In this document: positions 9,960 through 19,248 of the stretch, piece by piece
Layout of the letters: each line of letters opens with the position of its first letter
Numbering within the stretch: the stretch's first letter is position 1
Source: Thiobacillus sp.
GTDB lineage: Bacteria; Pseudomonadota; Gammaproteobacteria; Burkholderiales; Thiobacillaceae
Direction of reading: 5' to 3'
Length of the DNA stretch: 37,710 nucleotides
Assembly: GCA_041750575.1 (NCBI GenBank)
Contig: JBGSZD010000041.1
Coordinates: forward strand, 1-37,710
Notes under the pieces: model-generated
The model's database searches: none
Told to the model about the DNA's origin: nothing
The model's input: the letters and a program-made list of their open reading frames with translations, nothing else
Position numbers and translations under genes: made by a program

Positions 9960-11041
9960 AGATTCTTGTTGCCGGTGACTGGCATTCTGAATTGCATGAA
10001 GAGGCGGTAGCGCATGCACTGGAGACGCTTGGCCATACGGTCGAACGGTTTGCATGGCATGGCTATTTCAGCGTGACTGGACGTTCGGTTTCAGCACGCT
10101 TGCTCAAGCTCTGGTGCAGAGCACAGAACAAATATTTGTGGGGCGGGCGTGTTGATCAGCTGAATCGTGATCTGCTCAACATGGCTAAACGCTTTCAGCC
10201 TGATGCGGTATTCATCTATCGCGGCACGCATGTATTTCCCCAAACTCTTCGAGCCTTGCGGTCCGCTGTTCCGGGTGTTGTGTTGGCCGGATATAACAAC
10301 GATGACCCCTTCGCGCCTGGGCATGTTCCAGGGTTGTGGCGGCACTTTATCGCCGGCCTGCCAGAGCTGGATCTGGCACTTGCATATCGTCATGCCAATC
10401 TGGATGGCTTTAGACGTGCCGGTGCGCGACGAGTCGAATTGCTTAGGTCCTGGTATATCCCAGAACGCAATCATCCCATTGAGTTGTCAGCTGAAGAGCG
10501 TGAGCGTTTTGGCTGTGACGTGGTTTTTATTGGGCACTATGAACCGGATTCTCGGCTTGCTTGTCTTGAGGCTGTGGTTGGTGCGGGCTATCAGGTTCGT
10601 CTTTACGGGCCAAACTACGAATGGGAACCGGTTTTAAAAGAGCATCCGGTTTTATCGCGATTGCTTCCTGTGAAATTGGTCTGGGGAGACGAGTACAATC
10701 TTGCGCTTTGCGGGGCGAAGATAGCGCTTGTTTTTCTATCCAAGCTCAATCGGGATACCTACACTCGTCGTAGTTTCGAGATACCAGCCACAGGGACCCT
10801 GATGCTTTCGGAATATACAGATGATCTTGCGGGTCTTTTTCGTCCGGATATTGAGGCCTTGTATTTCAAATCAATTCCAGAGTTTATTGAACGCTTAAAT
10901 ATGGCGATGCGTGATGAGAAAAAACGATTGGCAATTGCAAGATCTGGATTGAAGCGTGTGCGGGAGGATCGACATCATGTCGGCGCGAGAATGGAAGAAC
11001 TCATCCATTGGATTTGCGAAATCAAGGGCAAACAAGTATGA
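9956..11041 (+). CDS. Glycosyltransferase, CgeB/Glyco_trans_1_2-like (GT-B)
   Basis: DVVFIGHYE..R, AKIALVFLSK, RRSFEIPATG motifs; ATGA overlap with the upstream gene. Confidence 0.8.
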   Translation: MKILVAGDWHSELHEEAVAHALETLGHTVERFAWHGYFSVTGRSVSARLLKLWCRAQNKYLWGGRVDQLNRDLLNMAKRFQPDAVFIYRGTHVFPQTLRALRSAVPGVVLAGYNNDDPFAPGHVPGLWRHFIAGLPELDLALAYRHANLDGFRRAGARRVELLRSWYIPERNHPIELSAEERERFGCDVVFIGHYEPDSRLACLEAVVGAGYQVRLYGPNYEWEPVLKEHPVLSRLLPVKLVWGDEYNLALCGAKIALVFLSKLNRDTYTRRSFEIPATGTLMLSEYTDDLAGLFRPDIEALYFKSIPEFIERLNMAMRDEKKRLAIARSGLKRVREDRHHVGARMEELIHWICEIKGKQV

Positions 11042-11913
11042 CTATGCAGGCCAAATCTAGATTAATGACCTTGGCCGAGCGGCTTGGACTGGAGCGTCTT
11101 GCCTGGTCTCTGAGGAGGCTGCATTGTCCGGTTTCTTCAGATGCACTGGTACTTGATGTTGGTTCTGGTGGCAATCCCTACCCTCGGGCAAATGTTCTAT
11201 TGGATGCTTATGAGGATACCGTTGAGCGATATAACCTCCCGTTAATCAAAGATCGACCAATGGTGTTTGGTCTTGCGGAGCGTATGCCCTTTCGAGACAA
11301 GGTATTTGATTTCGTTGTTGCGTCCCATGTTCTTGAGCACTCGCCAGATCCGGAGGCATTCATATCTGAGCTTATGCGCGTCAGTAAAGCCGGGTACATC
11401 GAAACGCCGGACGGATTCTTCGAGCGAATCAATCCTTTTCGATTCCATCGGCTAGAGGTGTTCGACAAAGATGGTCGACTGGTCATAGTCAAGAAACCAA
11501 GTTGGAAGCCCTTCTCTGAAATCGTGGATATGTATGAACGGAAAATGAAAGATGGGGACTTTATTCGGTTTCTCTCTCGCCACCCCAGTCCTTTTTACGT
11601 TCGATTCTATTGGGAAGACAAATTTGACTATACCGTGCTGAATCCGGAGGTGGATGCCAACTGGGCGCTACCTGTTGTTGAGAATGGAAGTTATAAGGAT
11701 CAGCATGGAAAAGTGCGCTTACTCCTTTTAAAGTTTGTCAGAGCTCTTTTTTCACAAAGATCCCGAAATAAAACAATTGATCTCTTGGCGTTGTTGCGTT
11801 GCCCGACCTGTTCCACAGGGAAACTGCAGCAGTCACAAGCAGGATTACGCTGTGATTCCTGTGGGGTGGAGTATTCGCTGCACGATCAGGTTCCTGTTTT
11901 GTATCCAAAATAA
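11038..11913 (+). CDS. SAM methyltransferase with C-terminal Trm112-like zinc ribbon
   Basis: VLDVGSGGNP; MPFRDKVFDFVVASHVLEH; C-terminus LLALLRCPTC...LRCDSCGVEYSLHDQVPVL; ATGA overlap supports the 11038 start. Confidence 0.82.
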   Translation: MTMQAKSRLMTLAERLGLERLAWSLRRLHCPVSSDALVLDVGSGGNPYPRANVLLDAYEDTVERYNLPLIKDRPMVFGLAERMPFRDKVFDFVVASHVLEHSPDPEAFISELMRVSKAGYIETPDGFFERINPFRFHRLEVFDKDGRLVIVKKPSWKPFSEIVDMYERKMKDGDFIRFLSRHPSPFYVRFYWEDKFDYTVLNPEVDANWALPVVENGSYKDQHGKVRLLLLKFVRALFSQRSRNKTIDLLALLRCPTCSTGKLQQSQAGLRCDSCGVEYSLHDQVPVLYPK

Positions 11914-11945
11914 CCCCAATGTAAATTGTCCCAAGAGGAATATGA

Positions 11946-12647
11946 ATGCGTTTTGCCCGAAGGTTGATAGATTCTTCATCCCGGTTGCTAGGTGCGGCCA
12001 AGCGTCGGCAGCGGGTGCGAGTTCCAGAAGGTATTAATTCAGTACGTCTGAATCTCGGTTGTGGGCTTGCGGTTGCACACGGGTGGATTAATGTTGACGG
12101 CAGTCTGAGTGCCATGATCGCAGGGCTGCCGAAGCGCTTTCATGGAATTGCATATCGCATGACCGGTGCAAATCGGTACTACACGAAGGATGAGTATTGC
12201 CGACTACTCGGCGATCATGTCTTTGTACACCATGATCTTGCGTATGGAATTCCATTCGACGACAGTACGGTCGATTTTGTGTACTCATCGCATTTTCTCG
12301 AGCATCTTTATCGTGCAGATGCACAACGTATCCTGCAGGAAAGTTTTCGCGTTTTAAAGCCTGGGGGCACGATCCGGATATCAGTTCCAGATCTTGAGTA
12401 TGCAGTGTCGCTTTACCATGCCGGGAAGCGTCATGAGATGCTGGGAAACTATTTCTTTGTCGAAGATGATGACAGTCACTATGCAAGGCACAAGTACATG
12501 TATGACTTTGGACTGCTCTCAGAAGCCCTTTCTAGTGCGGGCTTCCGTGATATCCGACGTTGTGAATACCAGCAAGGAATAACGCCTGATCTCGAAATGC
12601 TGGATAACAGGCCCGACGAATCGCTTTTTGTTGAAGCAACGCGCTGA
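11946..12647 (+). CDS. Class I SAM-dependent methyltransferase (type 11)
   Basis: LNLGCG..GWINVD; IPFDDSTVDFVYSSHFLEHL; RVLKPGGTIRISVPD; GAGG RBS upstream. Confidence 0.87.
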   Translation: MRFARRLIDSSSRLLGAAKRRQRVRVPEGINSVRLNLGCGLAVAHGWINVDGSLSAMIAGLPKRFHGIAYRMTGANRYYTKDEYCRLLGDHVFVHHDLAYGIPFDDSTVDFVYSSHFLEHLYRADAQRILQESFRVLKPGGTIRISVPDLEYAVSLYHAGKRHEMLGNYFFVEDDDSHYARHKYMYDFGLLSEALSSAGFRDIRRCEYQQGITPDLEMLDNRPDESLFVEATR

Positions 12648-12661
12648 ATTTCTGTTTGTAT

Positions 12662-13804
12662 ATGCGTGTCCTGGTCAACGGTTTCTCCGCACGCCTAGGC
12701 GGTGGGCAGACATATCTACTTAATCTGCTGCGTCGCGTGCCACAAGACGCTGGATGGAAAGTTTTTCTGCTTTGCCCAGACAGCTTAGATTTGACAGGCT
12801 TGCCGGAAAATATCGAACGCGTGGAAAGTGGGCTGAAACTCGACAATCCTTTTCGCCGGGCAATCTGGGAACGTTTTAATCTGGTCAAGTTGGCAAGCAG
12901 GCTCGACGCCGATCTGTTGTTTTCTCCGGGTGGTTTGTTGCCCTCTGATTTATTACCTGCTGGATTGAAAACTGCGGTAACTTTCCAGAACATGCTCCCT
13001 TTCGACAAGGCCCAACGGAAACGTTATCCGCTGGGTTATCGTCGCCTGCGAGACTGGTTGCTGGAACGCGGTCTTTCTTCCTCGATGCGGAAAGCGGATC
13101 TGGTGATTTTCATTTCCCGTTTCGCTCAGGAATTCATCCAGAAAAAGCTGGGGCATCTGGCCGGAAGAGTTGTTGTGATTCCGCACGGCATTGATACACG
13201 GTTTTTCCCGGATTTAGACAAGCCCCTGTCCTTGCCGGCTGGTGTCCCAGCAGGGGGGTATTTCCTATATGTCTCTTTCATCGACCACTATAAGTCGCAG
13301 ATCGAGGTAGTGCGCGCATTTGCGCAAGTTAGGCAATTGAGTAAAACCCAGGCGAGTTTGCTGCTGGTTGGCGCTGAGAATCCACCCTATGGTGAAGCGC
13401 TGCGGCGTGAAATCGATTCGCTCGAGCTAGGCGATGCTGTAAAAGTGTTGGGTAATTTGCCTCACCATGATCTGCCGGCCTTGTATCAACATGCACGCAT
13501 CAACCTGTTCGCTTCGTGCACCGAGAATTGCCCGAACATCCTGCTCGAAATGATGGCATCGGGCCGTCCAGTTCTGGTTTCTGATCGTGGCCCTATGCCG
13601 GAGTTCGGCGGTCAAACTGTGACCTATTTCGATCCGGAGGATGTGGAGCAACTTGTTGAACGCTGGCTGAGTCTGTTATCCGATCCGGAGCAGGGGAACC
13701 GTCTTACGGCGGCAGCGATAGATCGGGTGTCCGCCATGCGGTGGGAGCGAACCGCTAGTTCGACTTGGGGCGTCATGGCCGAAGTTGTTCAAGCCAAGCC
13801 ATGA
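12662..13804 (+). CDS. Glycosyltransferase family 4 (GT-B)
   Basis: GGGQTY; VIPHGID; ENCPNILLEMMASGRPV (EX7E motif). Confidence 0.9.
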   Translation: MRVLVNGFSARLGGGQTYLLNLLRRVPQDAGWKVFLLCPDSLDLTGLPENIERVESGLKLDNPFRRAIWERFNLVKLASRLDADLLFSPGGLLPSDLLPAGLKTAVTFQNMLPFDKAQRKRYPLGYRRLRDWLLERGLSSSMRKADLVIFISRFAQEFIQKKLGHLAGRVVVIPHGIDTRFFPDLDKPLSLPAGVPAGGYFLYVSFIDHYKSQIEVVRAFAQVRQLSKTQASLLLVGAENPPYGEALRREIDSLELGDAVKVLGNLPHHDLPALYQHARINLFASCTENCPNILLEMMASGRPVLVSDRGPMPEFGGQTVTYFDPEDVEQLVERWLSLLSDPEQGNRLTAAAIDRVSAMRWERTASSTWGVMAEVVQAKP

Positions 13805-15033
13805 AGCTGCTGGTCGTCAGCCAGTATTTCTGGCCTGAGAATTTCCGCATCAATGATCTCGTGGCTGACATGGTGGGGCGTGGCCATGAGGTTACGGTGC
13901 TGACAGGGCAACCGAATTACCCATCGGGACGTTTCTTTCCTGGCTATGGTTGGGTTCGGCCCCACACCGAAAGCTATCAAGGCGCGCGAGTCATCCGGGT
14001 GCCGTTGGTTCCCAGAGGGGGCGCCGGCGCCATCAGGCTGGCGCTGAACTACCTGTCATTTGCCGTTTTTGGCGCGCTGGGTGCCTGGCTAAGGCTTCGC
14101 GGCAAGTTTGACGCCATCTTCGTATTCGAAGTCTCACCCATCACGGTAGGCATCCCGGCCATTGTGGCCAGCCGGCGGTTCAATGCGCCCATTTTGTTCT
14201 GGGTGCTCGATTTGTGGCCAGAGTCCTTGACCGCCGCGGGCGGGGTGCGCTCACACGGGGTGCTGCGAGCAGTCGACCGCCTGGTGAAATGGATCTATCG
14301 AAACTGTGCCCGTGTATTGGTGCAGTCGCGTGCATTCGTGCCGGAAATTGCTCGCCATGGGGTGCCGGATTCAAACATTCTGTATTTCCCAAGTTGGGGC
14401 GAGTCACTGTTTCAACCTTTGCAGCAGGCGGATTCCAACTTGCTTCCGTTGTTGCCGGAAGGCTTCAAGGTGCTCTTTGCAGGCAATATCGGGGAGGCGC
14501 AGGATTTGCCGGCTGTTCTGAAAGCGGCAGAGCTTTTACGTGATCGTACCGATATTCATTGGTTGATTGTGGGCGAAGGACGCATGGCGGCCTGGGCAAA
14601 GGAAGAGGCGCTGCGGCGCGGCTTGTCGCGGGTGCATTTTCTGGGTCGCCATCCACTGGAGTCCATGCCGCATTTTTATGCGGCAGCGGATGCTTTGTTG
14701 CTCCCGCTCAAACGCGAACCCATCTTCGCGCTGACCATACCGGGCAAGCTACAATCCTACCTTGCATGTGCCCGCCCGATTCTGGCCATGCTGGATGGAG
14801 AGGGTGCCCGCATCGTCCAGGAGTCCGGGGCCGGTCTTGCCTGTCCGGCGGGTGATGCCGAAGGATTGGCGAGCCAGGTTCTGAAGCTGGCCGTCATGCC
14901 CGACGCTGAACGCCGGGCAATGGGGCAAAACGGGCGGCAATATTACGAGACGAACTTCGACCGGACTCGGCTGTTCGATCAACTGGAAACCTGGCTGGAA
15001 AACGCCATACAGGAAAGAAAATATTCAAAATGA
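13801..15033 (+). CDS. wbuB: GT4 glycosyltransferase, WbuB-like (putative L-FucNAc transferase)
   Basis: MKLLVVSQYFWPE, TGQPNYP, LDLWPES, FAGNIGEAQ and IPGKLQSYLA motifs; immediately upstream of fnlABC. Confidence 0.82.
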   Translation: MKLLVVSQYFWPENFRINDLVADMVGRGHEVTVLTGQPNYPSGRFFPGYGWVRPHTESYQGARVIRVPLVPRGGAGAIRLALNYLSFAVFGALGAWLRLRGKFDAIFVFEVSPITVGIPAIVASRRFNAPILFWVLDLWPESLTAAGGVRSHGVLRAVDRLVKWIYRNCARVLVQSRAFVPEIARHGVPDSNILYFPSWGESLFQPLQQADSNLLPLLPEGFKVLFAGNIGEAQDLPAVLKAAELLRDRTDIHWLIVGEGRMAAWAKEEALRRGLSRVHFLGRHPLESMPHFYAAADALLLPLKREPIFALTIPGKLQSYLACARPILAMLDGEGARIVQESGAGLACPAGDAEGLASQVLKLAVMPDAERRAMGQNGRQYYETNFDRTRLFDQLETWLENAIQERKYSK

Positions 15034-16067
15034 CAGAGCGCAATCCATTCGCGGGTAGCACCGTGCTGATTACGGGCGGTACCGGCTCCTTCGGACATGA
15101 GTTTCTGGATTATCTGAAGTCACGCGACTGCCGCGAAGTCCGCATTTTCTCGCGCGACGAGTTGAAGCAGGAACATATGCGGGTGGCGTTGGCCGACCCC
15201 AAAATCAAGTTCTATATTGGCGATGTGCGAGATCGCGACAGCGTGGACAATGCCATGCGGTCCGTCGATTACGTGTTCCATGCGGCGGCACTCAAGCAGG
15301 TTCCTTCCTGCGAGTTTTTCCCGATGCAGGCGGTGCTGACCAATGTGACCGGCAGCCACAACGTCATCGAGTCAGCCATGGCGCATGGCGTGCAGCGGCT
15401 GGTTTGCCTGTCTACGGACAAGGCGGTGTATCCGGTCAACGCCATGGGCATGACCAAGGCGCTGATGGAAAAGGTGACGCAGGCTGCGGCGCGCGCCGGC
15501 AGCAATGGCGGCACGATCCTGTCCAGCGTGCGGTATGGCAACGTGATGGCTTCGCGCGGATCGGTCATCCCTCTATTCATCAAGCAGATGCTCGAGGGCA
15601 AGCCGCTGACCCTGACCGTGCCGGAGATGACGCGATTCCTGCTGCCCTTGCCCTTGGCGATCGAGCTGGTGGCATTTGCCTTCAACCATGGCCAGCAGGG
15701 CGATCTGTTTGTGCGCAAGGCGCCGGCCTGTACGGTGGCGAACTTGGCGCAGGCCTTGAAGAACCTGTTCCATTCCGACGTGCCGATCCAGGTGATCGGC
15801 ATGCGCCATGGTGAAAAAATATATGAAACCCTCGCCACCCGTGAGGAACTCGCCAAGTCGGAAGACATGGGCGACTACTACCGGGTGCCGATGGATGATC
15901 GTGATCTGAATTACAGCAAGTATTTCACCGAAGGCGATACGACCGAATCCGCGCTTGATGACTATACGTCGCACAATACCGAGCAGCTGGACGTGGCGGC
16001 GGTGGAAGCGCTGATATTGACCTTGCCCGAAGTACGGGAAGCCCTGCAGGCGGCGGGTCATGCATGA
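15030..16067 (+). CDS. fnlA: UDP-GlcNAc 4,6-dehydratase/5-epimerase (FnlA/WbjB/CapE)
   Basis: TGGTGSFG, FSRDELKQ, HAAALKQVPSCEFFP, STDKAVYPVNAMG, RYGNVMASRGSV and YTSHNT motifs. Confidence 0.93.
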   Translation: MTERNPFAGSTVLITGGTGSFGHEFLDYLKSRDCREVRIFSRDELKQEHMRVALADPKIKFYIGDVRDRDSVDNAMRSVDYVFHAAALKQVPSCEFFPMQAVLTNVTGSHNVIESAMAHGVQRLVCLSTDKAVYPVNAMGMTKALMEKVTQAAARAGSNGGTILSSVRYGNVMASRGSVIPLFIKQMLEGKPLTLTVPEMTRFLLPLPLAIELVAFAFNHGQQGDLFVRKAPACTVANLAQALKNLFHSDVPIQVIGMRHGEKIYETLATREELAKSEDMGDYYRVPMDDRDLNYSKYFTEGDTTESALDDYTSHNTEQLDVAAVEALILTLPEVREALQAAGHA

Positions 16068-16077
16068 AGGTCAGCGC

Positions 16078-17187
16078 ATGAAGATAGGTATTACCGGAGC
16101 TGAGGGTCTGATCGGCTGGCACCAACGGGCTTATCTCAAGACAATCGGAGGCGACCACGAGATTCGTTTCGCCAATCGTGAAACGTTCAAGCAGCCCGGC
16201 TTACTGGCGGCATTTGTCGACGGGTTGGATGCAATCATTCATCTGGCCGGGATGAATCGCGGTGACGATGCCGAGATTGAGGCTGCCAACGCAAGCCTGG
16301 CCCGCGATCTGGTTGCGGCCTGCGAGCAGACGGGAACCCGTCCTTTCGTGGTGTATGCCAATTCCATGCATGAGGATCGGGATACCGCGTATGGCCGTGG
16401 CAAGCGGGCTGCGGCCGAGACATTCCGCCGCTGGGCAGAGCAGCGCGGTGCAGGTTTCGCCAACCTGATCCTGCCGCATGTGTTCGGCGAATTCGGCAAG
16501 CCTTTCTACAACTCCGTCGTGTCGACGTTCTGCCATCAACTGGCGCGCCAGGAAACGCCGCAGATCATTACGGATGGCGACCTCGAGTTGTTGCACGTGC
16601 AGGACGTGGTGGCGCAGTGCTGGAAAGCAATCCAGGAAAACCAGCGGGGCGATATCCGCATGGCTGGCGTCGGCATGAAAGTCAGCGAACTGCTACGGCA
16701 TCTGACCGCTATGCGTGACCGTTACCAGGCGATGGTGATGCCTCCGCTCGAATCCGCGCTGGATGTGCGTTTGTTCAACACACTGCGCTCCTATATTTTT
16801 CCCGCGCATTATCCGGTCGCGCTCACCCTGCACAGCGATGCGCGCGGCAGCCTGTTTGAAGTGGTCAAAAGCAACAGCGGCGGCCAGGTGTTCATGTCCA
16901 CCACCCATCCTGGTATCACCCGCGGAAACCATTTCCACACTCGCAAGGTTGAGCGCTTTCTGGTGGCAAGCGGCGAGGCGGACATTCGCCTGCGCAAGCT
17001 GTTCAGCGATGAAGTGATCTGCTTCAAGGTGCGTGGCGACGTGCCTTGTTATGTGGATATCCCGACTTTTTATACCCACCACATTACCAATACCGGGCAG
17101 TCCGAACTGGTGACGTTGTTTTGGGCGAACGAGATTTTCGATCCGGCAGACTCTGATACTTTTCCAGAAGCGGTGGACGCGCCATGA
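16078..17187 (+). CDS. fnlB: UDP-2-acetamido-2,6-dideoxy-hexulose reductase with C-terminal cupin (FnlB/WbjC/CapF); alternative start 16060
   Basis: TGAEGLIG, HLAGMNR, KPFYNSVVSTFC and TRGNHFHTRKVERF motifs. Confidence 0.92.
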   Translation: MKIGITGAEGLIGWHQRAYLKTIGGDHEIRFANRETFKQPGLLAAFVDGLDAIIHLAGMNRGDDAEIEAANASLARDLVAACEQTGTRPFVVYANSMHEDRDTAYGRGKRAAAETFRRWAEQRGAGFANLILPHVFGEFGKPFYNSVVSTFCHQLARQETPQIITDGDLELLHVQDVVAQCWKAIQENQRGDIRMAGVGMKVSELLRHLTAMRDRYQAMVMPPLESALDVRLFNTLRSYIFPAHYPVALTLHSDARGSLFEVVKSNSGGQVFMSTTHPGITRGNHFHTRKVERFLVASGEADIRLRKLFSDEVICFKVRGDVPCYVDIPTFYTHHITNTGQSELVTLFWANEIFDPADSDTFPEAVDAP

Positions 17188-18311
17188 ACAAGAAACTGAA
17201 AGTCATGACGGTGGTCGGTACGCGACCTGAAATCATCCGCTTATCGCGCGTGCTGGCGAAGCTTGATCAATATACCGATCATGTTCTGGTTCATACGGGA
17301 CAGAACTACGACTACGAATTGAACGAGATTTTTTTCGACGAACTGAATCTGCGTCGGCCTGATCATTTTCTTGAGGCGGTGGGCGGCAGCGTGGCCGAAA
17401 CGATCGGCAATATACTGGCGCGCGTGGATCCGCTGCTGGAAAGCGAAAAGCCGGATGCCCTGCTGGTGCTGGGCGACACTAATTCCTGCCTGGCCGTCAT
17501 AGCGGCCAAACGACGCAAGATTCCCATTTTTCACATGGAAGCCGGGAACCGCTGCTTCGATCAGCGCGTTCCTGAGGAAAGCAACCGCAAGGTGGTCGAT
17601 CATCTTGCGGACATCAATATGCCGTATAGCGACATCGCGCGCGAATATCTACTGAGAGAAGGATTGCTCCCTGATCGCATCGTTAAAACCGGCAGTCCGA
17701 TGCACGAGGTGATTCATCACTATCAGCCGCTGATTGAGGCATCTGACGTGTTGGTCCGCCTGGGTCTGGTGCCGGAGCAGTATTTTGTAGTGAGTTGCCA
17801 CCGTGAAGAAAACGTGGACTCGGATCAGCACCTGGAGCAACTGGTGCGAACCCTGAATGGCCTGGCCGAGCAGTATGGATTTCGCATCATCATGTCCACG
17901 CATCCACGAACCCGCAACCAGCTGACATCGAGTGGCGCCCAGCTCAATCCATTGGTTGAACTTATGAAGCCCTTGGGCTTGCCTGATTATATCCAGCTGC
18001 AACGACATGCGCGCGCAGTGTTGTCCGACAGTGGGACGATTACTGAGGAATCCAATATCCTGAATTTCCCCGCGCTCAACATTCGCGAGGCGCATGAGCG
18101 TCCGGAGGGGATGGAGGAAGGCGCAGTCATGATGACTGGCCTGTCGCTCACGCGTATCTTGCAGGCACTGGACATTCTCGCCGACCAGCCACGGAATCAA
18201 CGCCTGATTCATCTAGTGCAGGATTACGCAATCGAAAACGTGTCAGATAAAGTGCTTCGCATCATCCTGAGCTACACGGACTATGTGAAGCGCGTTGTTT
18301 GGCGGCAATGA
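17184..18311 (+). CDS. fnlC: UDP-sugar 2-epimerase (FnlC/WbjD/CapG)
   Basis: GTRPEIIRLS, HTGQNYD, LGDTNS, HMEAGNRCFD, SDSGTITEE and HERPEG motifs. Confidence 0.93.
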   Translation: MNKKLKVMTVVGTRPEIIRLSRVLAKLDQYTDHVLVHTGQNYDYELNEIFFDELNLRRPDHFLEAVGGSVAETIGNILARVDPLLESEKPDALLVLGDTNSCLAVIAAKRRKIPIFHMEAGNRCFDQRVPEESNRKVVDHLADINMPYSDIAREYLLREGLLPDRIVKTGSPMHEVIHHYQPLIEASDVLVRLGLVPEQYFVVSCHREENVDSDQHLEQLVRTLNGLAEQYGFRIIMSTHPRTRNQLTSSGAQLNPLVELMKPLGLPDYIQLQRHARAVLSDSGTITEESNILNFPALNIREAHERPEGMEEGAVMMTGLSLTRILQALDILADQPRNQRLIHLVQDYAIENVSDKVLRIILSYTDYVKRVVWRQ

Positions 18312-18321
18312 AATTGCCAGC

Positions 18322-19248
18322 ATGAAAATTGTGGTAACCGGTGCTACTGGGTTTGTTGGACGTGCATTGTCCAGCTATCTGAAGTTCAACAATCATATTG
18401 TCGTTCCCGCTGTTCGGCACACTTCCGGGCTGGTTCGTGAAATGGTTGTGGGCAATATTGATGCGGTAACGGATTGGCACCTCGCGCTAACCGGATGCGA
18501 TGCAGTCGTGCATCTTGCCGCACGGGTCCATGTGATGAATGACACGGTACAGAATCCTCTGGCGCTGTATCGGGCAACCAACACCGACGCCACCCTCAAT
18601 CTTGCCCGCCAGGCAGCCCAGGCCGGGGTGAAGCGCTTTGTGTTCATCAGCACCATCAAGGTCAACGGCGAAGGCAGCGACGCGCCTTACCGTGAAACCG
18701 ATGCGCCGGCGCCCGAGGATGCGTATGCGATATCCAAGTGGGAAGCCGAGCAGGGTTTGCAGCGGATTGCACAGGAAACCGGCCTGGAAGTCGTCATCCT
18801 GCGGCCGCCGCTGGTGTACGGGCCGGGTGTGAGAGCGAATTTCCAGCGGCTGATCCACACGGTTGCGCGTGGCTGGCCCCTCCCATTGGGCGCAATCCGC
18901 AACCGCCGCAGCCTTTTGTATCTGGGCAATTTCGTCGATGCGATCCGGCTGTGCGTCGAGCACCCGGCTGCTGCGGGACAGACTTTTCTGCTGGACGATG
19001 GCCAGCCGGTTTCGACGCCGGAGCTGATCCGTGCACTGGCGTGTGCTTTGGCCCGGCCAGCGCGTTTGCTGTCGGTGCCTGTCGGCATGCTGGAACTGGC
19101 GGGGGCGCTGCTGGGCAAGCGCGCTGCTGTGTCTCGGCTGACTGGCTCGCTATTCGTGGATAGCTCGGTGATTCGATCGCGCCTGGGATGGATGCCGCCG
19201 TTTTCGATGCAAGCAGGCCTGGCTGCAACGGTGACAGCTTCAGCATGA
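18322..19248 (+). CDS. NAD-dependent epimerase/4-reductase (WbpV/WbpK-like)
   Basis: TGATGFVG, HLAARVHVM, YAISK (YxxxK) and RPPLVYGPGV motifs; precedes wbpL/wbpM-like genes. Confidence 0.88.
   Translation: MKIVVTGATGFVGRALSSYLKFNNHIVVPAVRHTSGLVREMVVGNIDAVTDWHLALTGCDAVVHLAARVHVMNDTVQNPLALYRATNTDATLNLARQAAQAGVKRFVFISTIKVNGEGSDAPYRETDAPAPEDAYAISKWEAEQGLQRIAQETGLEVVILRPPLVYGPGVRANFQRLIHTVARGWPLPLGAIRNRRSLLYLGNFVDAIRLCVEHPAAAGQTFLLDDGQPVSTPELIRALACALARPARLLSVPVGMLELAGALLGKRAAVSRLTGSLFVDSSVIRSRLGWMPPFSMQAGLAATVTASA

Noticed and set aside
10003-10013. GGCGGTAGCGC, resembling the ops/JUMPstart element (another GGCGGTAG occurs near 33439)
   Set aside because: Both copies are inside coding sequence rather than a leader, lack the rest of JUMPstart, and an 8-mer like this is expected by chance in GC-rich DNA of this length
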